From a virus, in the IMG/VR virus record IMGVR_UViG_3300025684_000012: a stretch of 64,000 nt of DNA; one strand, given 5' to 3'. Numbering within the stretch: the stretch's first letter is position 1; every line of letters begins with the position of its first letter. The position numbers were made by a program, and so were the translations under genes. The notes beneath the pieces are model-generated. The model searched no databases and had not been told where the DNA came from. It was given only the letters and a program-made list of their open reading frames with translations. Positions 9,532 to 18,953 of this stretch are shown here, in pieces.

Positions 9532-10722
9532 TTAGTATCCTTGTGAAATAGAACGACGGTCCAGCGTTTTCTCTTCAATGAAGTTTAACGTTAGATCGAT
9601 TTCTACCGGCTTACCATCTTTATGGAACGCCATCGAACCCGGGTTGTAGTTGGTAGCAATGTTTTTCAAGAAGCATTTGAGGAATTTGTGCCCCACCTGA
9701 ACTTCCCCCGTTTTAGTTTTATACTTAATTTGGATATCAAACAGATCTGGGAACTTGTATCCTAGTGCAACAGAAGCGCCTACGGATTCGCCACCAACGT
9801 CCACAGAGCCACTAGCATCCAGAGTCTCGGGATATGCAGCAAAGCGAAATCTCCGTATGATATCTTCTACCACCTTGGACTCTTCTTTAGACTTAGGGAT
9901 GAACTTAAACTGGAAACTAAACTCTCGTAAATTTACGCCTTTGAACGAAGAACGTTGGTTTGGATTGATAGTTACTCCGGCAGCAATAGAAGCCCCTTCT
10001 TGGACATTACCAGCTCCAGGGACCTTACTTAGCCCTCTTATCAATGCTAGTCTCGCCAAATCTCCAGTCTTAGCGCTACCAGAGAAAGTGTCTGACACCG
10101 ATTTAAACCCTTGCGTTACAGCTGTGTCAAGTGCGCTCAATAGACCTCCACCTTGACTAACCATGGTTTCACCCATAGCTGCTCCTACCACTCCCAAGCT
10201 AGGGTTGTCATACTGCAAGTTATCGTTGAACGTTAACGCTACTGGGGTATACAGAGTAATGGGATCCCCCTTGCCTATCATGCGCCGTGACGTAATAGCC
10301 TGATCTTGGCTGGGATCTTGTCCACTGATGTTAGTGTCAACATTATCGTCATCTTTCCCAGTGAACACGTCAACTAGAGCTTCAAAGGCGTCGCCTATAG
10401 CGTCGAAGAAACCACCAGAGCTTTCCTCAGCTGCGGATGATGCCGCTGAAACGGCTTCAGTCGACGAACTTACCCCATCTTTTAACGCCTGCGCGGTAGC
10501 CTCACCAAATGTAGGTGCCTCAATTTCATATTGACTAAACTTAATAAACCCCTGATACCTATCAACGTTTTCGATAGGGTATCTCAGTGGACCACTTAGG
10601 ATATCGTCGTCACTAAGAGATCCCGTCGCCGTTTTATCCAGAATTTCTTGTTCTTGTGCAGCTGTTTCATCAGCAACTTCTGTTGGCGGCGTGCTTGTGT
10701 TAGTTTCAGCTTCTAATGCCAT
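9532..10722 (-). CDS. gp48: Baseplate tail-tube cap gp48
   Basis: NPNQ...FKGV.LREFSFQFKFIPKS..ES, NYNPG, EIDLTLNF.E motifs. Confidence 0.88.
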   Translation of the reverse strand: MALEAETNTSTPPTEVADETAAQEQEILDKTATGSLSDDDILSGPLRYPIENVDRYQGFIKFSQYEIEAPTFGEATAQALKDGVSSSTEAVSAASSAAEESSGGFFDAIGDAFEALVDVFTGKDDDNVDTNISGQDPSQDQAITSRRMIGKGDPITLYTPVALTFNDNLQYDNPSLGVVGAAMGETMVSQGGGLLSALDTAVTQGFKSVSDTFSGSAKTGDLARLALIRGLSKVPGAGNVQEGASIAAGVTINPNQRSSFKGVNLREFSFQFKFIPKSKEESKVVEDIIRRFRFAAYPETLDASGSVDVGGESVGASVALGYKFPDLFDIQIKYKTKTGEVQVGHKFLKCFLKNIATNYNPGSMAFHKDGKPVEIDLTLNFIEEKTLDRRSISQGY

Positions 10723-10734
10723 GATAGACCTCGC

Positions 10735-10759
10735 TATAAATACTTGTTAACTATTTATA
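10735..10759. promoter_or_regulatory. Pair of oppositely oriented late promoters (TATAAATA + at 10735-10742; - at 10752-10759)
   Basis: Exact T4 late consensus on both strands between divergent gp48 and gp4. Confidence 0.8.
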
Positions 10760-10773
10760 ATCAAAAATAAACA

Positions 10774-11292
10774 ATGAAGACATATAAAGGTAGGTACAAG
10801 CCTAAGAACCCAGCCAAGTATGCTGGGGATGCTGATAACGTTATATATCGTTCAATGTGGGAAAGGCATGTGTGTAAGTGGTGCGATGATAACTCCAACG
10901 TAGTCGCTTGGGCTTCCGAGGAAGTTGTTATCCCATACATTTGCCAGACAGACAAGAGACCTCATCGATACTTTATGGACTTTGCTATAGAGTTCAGTGA
11001 TGGCAAGAAGATTCTGGTAGAAGTTAAGCCATTCAAAGAAACCGTCAAGCCAGAGAATAAACAGGGCAAACGTCGCCAAACGTTACTGAGCGAGGGGTTG
11101 ACTTATATTAAGAACCAGTCGAAATGGCACGCAGCGAAAGAGTATGCTCTCAATCGAGGATGGCATTTTGAGATATGGACCGAGAAAGAATTGACGGCTT
11201 TTGGTATTATGCCAAAATCCACTCAGAAGCCTAAAGGCAGAGTTGCGTTGAAGCCGATGAGAAAGTTCTCGAGAAAGAAACCTAAAAAATAG
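10774..11292 (+). CDS. gp4: Head completion nuclease gp4
   Basis: YKGRYKPKNPAKYAGD...IYRSMWE, HRYFMDF, EVKP (TnsA-like endonuclease). Confidence 0.93.
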   Translation: MKTYKGRYKPKNPAKYAGDADNVIYRSMWERHVCKWCDDNSNVVAWASEEVVIPYICQTDKRPHRYFMDFAIEFSDGKKILVEVKPFKETVKPENKQGKRRQTLLSEGLTYIKNQSKWHAAKEYALNRGWHFEIWTEKELTAFGIMPKSTQKPKGRVALKPMRKFSRKKPKK

Positions 11293-11293
11293 T

Positions 11294-11301
11294 TATAAAT
11301 A
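11294..11301 (+). promoter_or_regulatory. Late promoter TATAAATA upstream of gp2
   Basis: Exact consensus. Confidence 0.75.
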
Positions 11302-11330
11302 CAATTACAATTTTCAACGCGGAGACACTA

Positions 11331-11921
11331 GTGTCTAATCTTTTTAACAAGCTGGAGATAGAAGCATTCCGTGCTGGTATTACGCCGCGAACACAAGAGT
11401 CGCGTAAGTGGTTCATGAATAAAATCAAGAACATGCGTAGTATCAATCGCGAGCAGCTGATGAAGACCGATCCACTACAGCCTAAGGGCAGTGAAGTGAT
11501 CGGCTCGATGTATATGTTCTTTTATGATCCTAAGCACAAAGACACTTTGCCTTATTATGATGCGTTTCCACTAGTGGTGGTTATTGGTCCAGCTGAGGGT
11601 GGGTTCCTGGGACTGAATTTGCATTATCTTCCCCCAGCGCTGAGAGCTAAGCTACTTGACGGATTAATGGATATTACAACAGATAAGAAGTTTACTAACT
11701 CAACAAGATTCAAAGCATCTTATAAGTTGCTAGCAGCATCAGCGAAGTTAAAGTATTTCAAGCCGTGTGTTAAACATTATTTAAACACTCATGTACGAGG
11801 TCAATTTGCGCTAGTTCCTGCTCCTGAGTGGGAGATTGCTACTTTTCTGCCAACAGCAGATTTCCGCAAAGCAAATAACTTTAAAGTATACAGCGACAGC
11901 AAGAGAATGATCAATGGCTAG
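11331..11921 (+). CDS. gp2: DNA end protector protein gp2
   Basis: FFYDPKHKDTLPYYD.FPL, GLNLHYLPP..R, KPCVKHYL motifs. Confidence 0.93.
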   Translation: MSNLFNKLEIEAFRAGITPRTQESRKWFMNKIKNMRSINREQLMKTDPLQPKGSEVIGSMYMFFYDPKHKDTLPYYDAFPLVVVIGPAEGGFLGLNLHYLPPALRAKLLDGLMDITTDKKFTNSTRFKASYKLLAASAKLKYFKPCVKHYLNTHVRGQFALVPAPEWEIATFLPTADFRKANNFKVYSDSKRMING

Positions 11922-12546
11922 TATAGAACAACTAAAAACGCAGGTCAGTAGAGCAAACGGCCTAGCGATGACTAATCAGTTTGCTGTTGAGCTACCCAAC
12001 ATCGGTAGATTCACTGGGCGGACACTCAACCTAATGTGTAAGAGTGTAACGCTACCAGGTAAACAGATTACTACCAAAGATCTAACGATTGGCCTGTTCA
12101 ACGAGAAGGTCGTTGATGGGTTCTTGGTAGAAGACGTCACAATGACGTTCTACGTCTTGAATGATTATAATACCAAGTTATACTTTGATGAGTGGCGTAA
12201 GTTGATGGTGGATGAAAAGCGTGGCGAGGTTGGATACAAGAAAGATTACGCTAAAAGAGTTACCATCCACCAGTTACGTAAGCCCGACGGGTCGGGTATC
12301 CTCGGTCAAGAGTACAGTAAGGAAATAAGCATTGGTGGTATTTTTAACATTGGATTCGACTTCTTCGCCAATGCTATATACACGGTTCAGTTGAATCAAG
12401 CGTTTCCAACATCTTTATCTTCAATTCAACTATCGAACGAACCTGATGGATTGGTTGAAATGTCAGTGCAGTTCTCATATACAAACTGGACTGTCAAGAA
12501 AGATTTATTATCAACGTTGAACCGTGGTTTGAAATTCGACATTTAA
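11914..12546 (+). CDS. Tail tube initiator / gp19-like tube protein (gp54-like)
   Basis: C.SV.LPG, TMTFY, AFP.SLS.IQL, VQFSY..W tube-fold motifs; position before gp26. Confidence 0.75.
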   Translation: MASIEQLKTQVSRANGLAMTNQFAVELPNIGRFTGRTLNLMCKSVTLPGKQITTKDLTIGLFNEKVVDGFLVEDVTMTFYVLNDYNTKLYFDEWRKLMVDEKRGEVGYKKDYAKRVTIHQLRKPDGSGILGQEYSKEISIGGIFNIGFDFFANAIYTVQLNQAFPTSLSSIQLSNEPDGLVEMSVQFSYTNWTVKKDLLSTLNRGLKFDI

Positions 12547-12561
12547 CAATAGGGTTATACA

Positions 12562-13269
12562 ATGGCATTACCGATATTAAACTCGACACCGAGTTATGAA
12601 GTGACTATCCCTTCAACTGGACAGGCGGTAACATACCGTCCGTTTTTAGTGAAGGAACAAAAGAACTTATTAATTGCGCTCGAGACGCAGGATCGTAAAG
12701 ACTTGCTTAGAGCAATCACGCGGACTATTAGAGCGTGCGTTGAAGTTGATCTAGACGCTCACCTAACTACATTTGACGTGGATTACTTGTTTACTATGAT
12801 ACGTTCCAAGTCTGTGGGCGAGACAATTGAGATTCAGTTACCGTGCTCTGAATGCAACGCGGACAACGTAACAAAGGTAGATCTTGAGGGAATAACTATT
12901 GCTAACCCAGTAGTAGATCCTACTGTACAACTGAGTCCAAGTATTACTATTAAAATGCGTTACCCAACATATGAAGAATTTTTGGATAATGATGCGTTGT
13001 CACAAGCAAAAACTCAAGCGGAAATTATTTTTGAGTTGATCTTGATCTGTATGGATTCTGTGCTTACTGACGAAGAGCGGATTGATTTGAAGGTTGAACC
13101 GAGAGAGGATGTTGTAGCGTTCATCGAGTCGATGACTACATCTCAATACGAGAAGATAGCATCATTCATTAACGGTATACCATTTGTATACAAAGATATT
13201 GAATATACTTGTAGTAGCTGTGGCCATGAGAATGTGAGAACTTTAAAGGGGATGGATGATTTTTTTTAA
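12562..13269 (+). CDS. gp26: Baseplate hub assembly chaperone gp26
   Basis: MALP....P.YE.TIPSTG..V.YRPFLVKEQK.LL, IRSKSVGE, two CxxC pairs, ends in FF. Confidence 0.92.
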   Translation: MALPILNSTPSYEVTIPSTGQAVTYRPFLVKEQKNLLIALETQDRKDLLRAITRTIRACVEVDLDAHLTTFDVDYLFTMIRSKSVGETIEIQLPCSECNADNVTKVDLEGITIANPVVDPTVQLSPSITIKMRYPTYEEFLDNDALSQAKTQAEIIFELILICMDSVLTDEERIDLKVEPREDVVAFIESMTTSQYEKIASFINGIPFVYKDIEYTCSSCGHENVRTLKGMDDFF

Positions 13270-13451
13270 TCAACCTCTCCCATGATAACTTGGCCAATTA
13301 TTATCAAGTTAATTTCCAGCTTATGAATAATTACAATTATTCGCTCGAGGAAGTTGAAATGATGATGCCTTGGGAGAGGGAGATCTATCTCACAATGTTG
13401 ATAGAAGATATAAAAGAGCGAACCGAAAGGTCTAAACGAAAGGGTCAATGA
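13260..13451 (+). CDS. gp51: Baseplate hub assembly catalyst gp51-like frame (not in ORF track; -1 frame relative to gp26)
   Basis: Manual translation FFLINLSHDNLANYYQVNFQLMNNYNYSLEEVEMMMPWEREIYLTMLIEDIKERTERSKRKGQ*; NYY..NF.LM....YSL.E.E.M.PWEREIY is the gp51 signature. Confidence 0.85.
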   Translation, partial: FFLINLSHDNLANYYQVNFQLMNNYNYSLEEVEMMMPWEREIYLTMLIEDIKERTERSKRKGQ

Positions 13452-13454
13452 TAA

Positions 13455-15005
13455 ATGACAATCGCAACACTAGTCGAGGAGATGAGGGAGTCTAATTATA
13501 TTGCTGCTGAGAATAATCACATTATCGGCAATATACACGAACACCTTCAAAGTGAGTCCTTAAAGCAGGAGCAAAACAGACTCGACGACTTAGAAGCACG
13601 GCGCGACAGCACGGAGGGCTCCGCTTACGGAGGTAGTGCTGGCTCTGCGCCTGTAGCAGGTGCTAAGCCAGAAGGAAGTATGAAGAAAGCTCTGGCTGCT
13701 GGGGTTGCGGTTGGCGCCAAAGGCGTTGGAATGGGCGTTGGACTCGCTGCGCTCGGCTTTGGCATAGGTGGTTTCTTCACCGGTCTTGCAATGGGCGATA
13801 AGCTGCAGGCAATGATCGGTACCGACATGACAGCTACTAAACAAAATATGATCACCTTAGGGGAAGCGTTTGCTGAAACCCCAGATAAAGGTCTTTTGAT
13901 CATGGCCGGTATTATGACTGGCGGTGGTGCTTTAGGTGCTCTGTTTGGTGTTAAAAGCGCGGCCAAAGCAGCAATCGGCATGACTGCAATGGGTGCTGGT
14001 CTAGGAGGTTTCTTCGCTGGTCTCGCTCTTGGCGATAAAGGTATGGGTCTCCTGAAGGTAGACGGGGAACAAATCAAGAATATGATGATCGCGATGGGCA
14101 CTGGCCTAAACGCGTTTGACGATAGCGCTCTGATAGCTCTGGGTGGCTTAGCTGCTATAGGTGCTGTACTACCCCCCTCATCAGCTGTTAAGCTACCAGC
14201 ATTCGGTATTGGCCTTGCTGGATTCTTCACCGCACTTGCTGGTATAGGGGACGCTGCAGCGTTGGTGGGTATCGACGGTGAGGGTATGACTACCATGATG
14301 GTCAACCTCGCCAAAGGATTAAACCCATTATCTGCTTTAGATGGTACCAATCTACTGAAAGTCGGTGGGTCGTTGATAGCTATCGGTGCTGGTATGGCGG
14401 CGGTGTTTGGAGTAGATTGGATCAAAGGTATCGGCGATTGGGTTGGGTCATTTTTTGGCAGAAGCGACGATGATGATATCTTCAGTAAAACCGCACGTTC
14501 CCTGGCAAAGCTCAATGGAATTGATCTAGACTACAAAAACGTTGATGCTATGAATGTAGCTGGTGACGCGTTTAATAATCTAGCTACAGGAGTAATGAAT
14601 TTAAACTCCGTTAACTTCGATGACTATGAAGATCAAATGCTTAGCTTTGCTAAGAGTACAGCAAAGACCATATATCTAATGAATGCTATGTGGGAAGGGT
14701 CTAAGATAGGGTCGGGTTGGTTTGATGGGTTACCTGAGATGGACTTTGCTCCAGGGTTAAAGGTCGGCCATATAGAAGACGTTACATCTCAGCTTAAAGG
14801 TATTAGCCAGATTGCTGGAGTTCCTCAGAACACTGTTGGACAAACTATCACTAATCAAACAAGCCAACTCAATAACATTTCTAGCATGGTGTCCCCCATA
14901 GTAATTAGCTCACCCAGCACAACAAACGTTAGTAACGGAACGATGGCAGTGTCTTGGGGTGGTGGCATTTCAACTATGGACTCGTTCGATCAGGGTACTA
15001 GGTAA
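13455..15005 (+). CDS. Putative tape-measure / gp29-like membrane-interacting tail protein
   Basis: Follows gp26/gp51; Gly/Ala-rich hydrophobic repeats (GxGGFFxGLAxGD three times). Confidence 0.55.
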   Translation: MTIATLVEEMRESNYIAAENNHIIGNIHEHLQSESLKQEQNRLDDLEARRDSTEGSAYGGSAGSAPVAGAKPEGSMKKALAAGVAVGAKGVGMGVGLAALGFGIGGFFTGLAMGDKLQAMIGTDMTATKQNMITLGEAFAETPDKGLLIMAGIMTGGGALGALFGVKSAAKAAIGMTAMGAGLGGFFAGLALGDKGMGLLKVDGEQIKNMMIAMGTGLNAFDDSALIALGGLAAIGAVLPPSSAVKLPAFGIGLAGFFTALAGIGDAAALVGIDGEGMTTMMVNLAKGLNPLSALDGTNLLKVGGSLIAIGAGMAAVFGVDWIKGIGDWVGSFFGRSDDDDIFSKTARSLAKLNGIDLDYKNVDAMNVAGDAFNNLATGVMNLNSVNFDDYEDQMLSFAKSTAKTIYLMNAMWEGSKIGSGWFDGLPEMDFAPGLKVGHIEDVTSQLKGISQIAGVPQNTVGQTITNQTSQLNNISSMVSPIVISSPSTTNVSNGTMAVSWGGGISTMDSFDQGTR

Positions 15006-15028
15006 AAAAAAGCCACCCGAAGGTGGCT
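15004..15028 (-). terminator. Intrinsic terminator between convergent tape-measure-like gene and gp32
   Basis: AGCCACC-CGAA-GGTGGCT hairpin; the A-run at 15004-15011 is the U-tail on the minus strand. Confidence 0.85.
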
Positions 15029-15055
15029 AAGGACATCTGTGGTGGACAGATCTGT

Positions 15056-16003
15056 TTAGTCTTGCTGGGCCATCTGAGCAAAGTATGACAGGGTGTCATC
15101 TTCATCAGCGACTGCCGCTACTGAAGCGGGTTCAGCAGATACGATGGTTGGTTCACTAGCTTCTTTAATACTAGCTGTTCCGGCCGATTGAGCAAGTGCT
15201 TCATTTCTCAACGTAGCTCCAGTACCAGTAGCCATACCTAGAACAGTTTCTAGTCGCGACTTCAGCTCATCATAGCTCTTAAACCATTTAGGATCATGTG
15301 CTCCTGGGAAATCTGGGGTAACGAATTCGTTTAGATCGTACATCGAATTGTAGGTAGATTCCAACCGCGCATCGTCACCATCGAACAATGCAGCTGGCGC
15401 TTTGAACCCTGACTTATCGTAATTGCGATAACCTTCAACCTTACGGATCTTCAATTCAAAGTCAGCGCCTTTCCAGAAGTCGAAAGGATTGACAGGAGTC
15501 TCTCCAGGGAATTCAGGCTGCATCATATCCATGATTTTATCAAAGATCTTCTTACCAAACTCATACAACATAACTTTGCCGTTATTTGATGGGTTAGCTG
15601 GATCATTGACAACCAGAACGTTAGCGATATAGTGTAGTCTACGCTTCTGTCGACGTACCGTCTCTTTATCTTCTTCGTTACCACTGTTCCACAACCGCGA
15701 GTTCATTTCGCCCAATGGGTCAGCTTGACCGATGGTGGTGAGTGAACGCTCAATGTACCATTGACCGGTTGGACCTTTGAAAGCGTGATCCCAGTAACGT
15801 ACCCATGGTAGGTCTTGACCTTCACCTGCAGGCAAGAAACGTAACACAGCATAACCATTACCACTATCATCGACAGTAGGCTTCCACTTTCGGTCATCTT
15901 GGTATTTGTTAGTATTTGTTTGAACGGCGCCTGACGCTTCCTGAGCAGCTGACACTAAAGAGTTGATGTCCATAGACTTGGACTTCAGATTTGCAAAAGA
16001 CAT
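15056..16003 (-). CDS. gp32: Single-stranded DNA-binding protein gp32
   Basis: GNGYAVLRFLPA, HAFKGPTGQWYIE, FGKKIFDKI, NPFDFWKGADF.LKIRKVEGYRNYDKS, acidic tail. Confidence 0.96.
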   Translation of the reverse strand: MSFANLKSKSMDINSLVSAAQEASGAVQTNTNKYQDDRKWKPTVDDSGNGYAVLRFLPAGEGQDLPWVRYWDHAFKGPTGQWYIERSLTTIGQADPLGEMNSRLWNSGNEEDKETVRRQKRRLHYIANVLVVNDPANPSNNGKVMLYEFGKKIFDKIMDMMQPEFPGETPVNPFDFWKGADFELKIRKVEGYRNYDKSGFKAPAALFDGDDARLESTYNSMYDLNEFVTPDFPGAHDPKWFKSYDELKSRLETVLGMATGTGATLRNEALAQSAGTASIKEASEPTIVSAEPASVAAVADEDDTLSYFAQMAQQD

Positions 16004-16077
16004 ATTGTAATAACCTCGTATTGTATGTACTTAAATATTTTTTGTATAACAGTTTTATTATAACGTATATTGACTTA

Positions 16078-16602
16078 TTAGTCAACTATATTTATATCAT
16101 TGAACTTATGGAGTCCTAGCCAAGCAACCAAGACTTTTCTGGTGCCACATATAACCTGCTGTGCCTCATGAACCAAGTCAGATTTAAATATGACCGTCTC
16201 ACCTATATCTAGATTAATTGGATCACATCCATCAATGTGTAACGCACCACCTTCAAGATCATCCGATTTATCCAGCATAGTGACTGTAGACCAGATTCGA
16301 TAGTCCTCTAAACGAGACTCGCGGAAAGTATCCTTATGAGGCTTAAAGTAGTCACCGGGCTGGTAGATCAGGAAGTCAAACTGATTCACCGACGTACCGT
16401 CGTTTATATGGGTCTCAATAATATCCACAACCTCTGGGAACAGCCTAGGATCAATACGTACAGCCATAGTTTTACGCATTGAAGGATCATATAAGTCTTT
16501 ACCCTTAGCCGTTACCCCAGTGCGATACAGTCGGGCCGTATCGCCATATTCAACAACCTCTTGAATAAGGTCTGGGGGTATTATTTTGACTACATCATAC
16601 AT
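16078..16602 (-). CDS. 2OG-Fe(II) oxygenase
   Basis: Y..GD.F.PH.D, EGG.L, H....V..G.R..LV.W motifs. Confidence 0.88.
   Translation of the reverse strand: MYDVVKIIPPDLIQEVVEYGDTARLYRTGVTAKGKDLYDPSMRKTMAVRIDPRLFPEVVDIIETHINDGTSVNQFDFLIYQPGDYFKPHKDTFRESRLEDYRIWSTVTMLDKSDDLEGGALHIDGCDPINLDIGETVIFKSDLVHEAQQVICGTRKVLVAWLGLHKFNDINIVD
16089..16096 (-). promoter_or_regulatory. Late promoter TATAAATA upstream of gp32 (a GTTGAC..TATAAT early-type promoter follows at about 16058-16086)
   Basis: Exact consensus about 85 nt upstream of gp32. Confidence 0.6.
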
Positions 16603-16834
16603 CCAACGTATTCACTCTCGGTAGATAGTTTAAATGCCTTGCCTCTGCTTCTAGTTGACCGACTATTGAAGGAGTAAGAAACTTCTTAACATCCTCAATC
16701 TCCATACCATTTTTATCACATATGTGTACTATGGCATCCATATACGAAACGTGACGACTTTCTCTAACTAAATTTTCAACCATTTTTGAAAAGGTTTTTT
16801 TAGTGAGAAAAACTTCTGCCTCATCCACAGCCAT
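16595..16834 (-). CDS. gp33: Late promoter transcription co-activator gp33
   Basis: FS..VE.LV.....SYMDAIVH.C....EIE.V...L...I...LEAEA..LNYL; near gp32. Confidence 0.85.
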   Translation of the reverse strand: MAVDEAEVFLTKKTFSKMVENLVRESRHVSYMDAIVHICDKNGMEIEDVKKFLTPSIVGQLEAEARHLNYLPRVNTLDV

Positions 16835-17097
16835 CAGTCTACCAGACTCATCGAAATTACATTGTCCACTCTGAACGAACGCCATGCCTGCTTATCGATA
16901 GCAAATGCTCTGACTACAGCCTGATTAACCTTGACTTCACCATCAGTGCGAGCTCGTGCCACTTCAGATTCTGGCAAGTACTCTGGTGACAGCGTACAAG
17001 GCATCACACGCGTTTCTCCGTCAACCTTGGTGAAGGTTACTTCATACACAGCAGACTTCAATTGTTCAACTAGGGCATCAAAGGTGTATTTACTCAT
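16834..17097 (-). CDS. WYL_2 / SH3-like beta-barrel protein
   Basis: VTFTKVDGE.RVM.CTL and D...WRSFR motifs. Confidence 0.75.
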   Translation of the reverse strand: MSKYTFDALVEQLKSAVYEVTFTKVDGETRVMPCTLSPEYLPESEVARARTDGEVKVNQAVVRAFAIDKQAWRSFRVDNVISMSLVD

Positions 17098-17112
17098 AGC
17101 ATAATCTCCTAT

Positions 17113-17406
17113 TTAGAAACGGTCGAATTCGTCGTCGGTGGACGGGGAAGTATCAGCGTCGGCATGCACATACTCTAAGAAAGAAGGACCGCCATCTAGA
17201 ACGATGATAGTGGTTTCTAGCCCCTTGAGAATATCTTCCATATTACCGATAACTGTTGTATCTTTAGTCTCTTTCTGCTGCTCTTGAACGAACGCGTCTA
17301 GAGTTTCTAAATACACGATTCGAAGGAATTCGCGCGCAATCAATTCTACATCATTGCGTGGATATTTACCCAAGTCAATCAGGTTTTCCATTTGTTGTTC
17401 AGCCAT
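17113..17406 (-). CDS. Hypothetical protein
   Basis: ORF with GAGGA RBS before MAEQQ. Confidence 0.6.
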   Translation of the reverse strand: MAEQQMENLIDLGKYPRNDVELIAREFLRIVYLETLDAFVQEQQKETKDTTVIGNMEDILKGLETTIIVLDGGPSFLEYVHADADTSPSTDDEFDRF

Positions 17407-17629
17407 TATAAGTTTCCTCTTGATTGTTGGCATTAATTACTTCAGAAAAGTAAGCGTTGATATAAGCATCATTAGTCTCGTAGCTAACGGTGTTATTTCT
17501 AGTGTCTCTGTCCAGCTGTTCAACCTGCTTGGCGAGACGTTTGTTGGACTTCAGAACCTTACTGCGCTTTTGAATCTTGAGCGCAGCACGTCGAATCATA
17601 GCATACCGTTCAGCTTTACTAACATTCAT
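17399..17629 (-). CDS. Hypothetical basic protein
   Basis: ORF overlapping next gene start. Confidence 0.55.
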   Translation of the reverse strand: MNVSKAERYAMIRRAALKIQKRSKVLKSNKRLAKQVEQLDRDTRNNTVSYETNDAYINAYFSEVINANNQEETYNG

Positions 17630-17663
17630 ATATTATACTCCAAGGATTAGTTAAGGTAAAGAG

Positions 17664-17906
17664 TTATTTGATAAAATCGATGATCAAATCTAAAACGAAT
17701 ATGAAACCGGCAAATGCAACCGTACCAACCAAACTGACCATATGAGTTCTACGGAATATGTTGAAGTACGACATACGACTAGTATCTTCTAAGTGGTTGT
17801 GCAAATACTCAGCTCTTGTTTTGTAGGATACAAACAAATCAATAGCAAGAAATGTAACATAGCAACTGAGAAGCAACACTACCACATTAAACATAGTACT
17901 CTCCAT
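17664..17906 (-). CDS. Hypothetical membrane protein (2 TM)
   Basis: Two hydrophobic segments. Confidence 0.55.
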   Translation of the reverse strand: MESTMFNVVVLLLSCYVTFLAIDLFVSYKTRAEYLHNHLEDTSRMSYFNIFRRTHMVSLVGTVAFAGFIFVLDLIIDFIK

Positions 17907-18036
17907 TCTTCTTCGCCTCTTTTTTTCTATCTATGTGGGTCGCTGGACGGGTGAGCTTATCCATATTCTTCTTAACTGGATCGGTCGCCCCAACACGGTT
18001 AACACGGCGCAGGTACTTCAAATTCCTTATTCGCAT
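17887..18036 (-). CDS. Small basic phage protein (49 aa; not in ORF track)
   Basis: MRIRNLKYLRRVNRVGATDPVKKNMDKLTRPATHIDRKKEAKKNGEYYV; AAGGAG RBS; downstream of early promoter 18067-18096. Confidence 0.6.
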   Translation of the reverse strand: MRIRNLKYLRRVNRVGATDPVKKNMDKLTRPATHIDRKKEAKKNGEYYV

Positions 18037-18099
18037 GTGATAACATCTCCTTCACAATTAACGACCATTATACTACACTCTGCAACACAAGACAACAGA

Positions 18100-18360
18100 T
18101 CAACCCAATATATCTGAAAAAACCTTGAGCTTCTCGCGCTTCTGCTGACCGTACTCCTCAATGTCAGTGAACGATATTAGGTCATACTCTTGACAAATAT
18201 CTATCATGCATTGCAAATCACCGATCTCTTCCGCTAGTCGTCTCATGAGACGTGGTTCGTGACCAAAACGCTTTATCTTCGACGCCTGTACTATTACTTC
18301 CGCGCATTCTTCTTGTAAAATAGTTAGTACTTCTGTGGTGCTGTAGTTGTGCTTCAACAT
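18100..18360 (-). CDS. MazG-like NTP pyrophosphohydrolase
   Basis: LQEECAEVI...SK..RFG ... LAEEIGDL (EExxE / EExxD motifs). Confidence 0.75.
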   Translation of the reverse strand: MLKHNYSTTEVLTILQEECAEVIVQASKIKRFGHEPRLMRRLAEEIGDLQCMIDICQEYDLISFTDIEEYGQQKREKLKVFSDILG

Positions 18361-18381
18361 TGTGTATAGTCTCCGTCAATG

Positions 18382-18690
18382 TTATCTACGCATGGTAGCG
18401 TGTTCTTTGGCTTCTTCGTTGCTAAGGATGGGAACAGCATTACTCTTGTGCATAGTGCTAATACCCTTAATTAAGGTACCGGTATACTCATGCCTAGCTG
18501 GTCGGCTACAGTTATGACCTTCTGATACAAGAGAGGGTATATGACTGGTGTCTCCCCGTCTGTACACTTCGGCCGACTTGTACTCGACAAATGGTCTATC
18601 TTTGTACCTAGCTTCGTCGCTTTTCTTACTCCAAGCATTATACTTCTTTTTACGTCCGCTAGCATAGGTTCGCATATTACCGTGAATCAT
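18382..18690 (-). CDS. Conserved T4-like hypothetical protein
   Basis: YTG..IKGI.TMHKSNAVPI motif. Confidence 0.7.
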   Translation of the reverse strand: MIHGNMRTYASGRKKKYNAWSKKSDEARYKDRPFVEYKSAEVYRRGDTSHIPSLVSEGHNCSRPARHEYTGTLIKGISTMHKSNAVPILSNEEAKEHATMRR

Positions 18691-18737
18691 AGTACTGTTC
18701 TCCTAATCAATACACTATATTACTACTGCTAGACTAA

Positions 18738-18953
18738 TTAGTCAACGTCTTTTTCTACGCCAAAAGGAATATAGCTATACCAAGCACGTTCGTGTAGATA
18801 ATACAGAACAGTCTTAGTGATAACCTCTAAGCCTCCAATAGCTGCACCTATTGCAAATGACCCAGTGAGTAGCCAGCTAATCATTATGGTATCCATTGTC
18901 CCAACAACGCGCCACGTGATTGCTTTAGCAATGTGTCTGCGGTGAGTTATCAT
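18738..18953 (-). CDS. DUF2061-family membrane protein
   Basis: RHIAKAITWRVVGT.DT ... E..TK..LYY.HERAW. Confidence 0.85.
   Translation of the reverse strand: MITHRRHIAKAITWRVVGTMDTIMISWLLTGSFAIGAAIGGLEVITKTVLYYLHERAWYSYIPFGVEKDVD

Noticed and set aside
13266-13448. 60-aa minus-strand ORF
   Set aside because: Antisense to the gp51 frame, which carries the conserved motif
13625-14515. 296-aa minus-strand ORF
   Set aside because: Pro/Ala-rich shadow of the Gly/Ala-rich plus-strand gene
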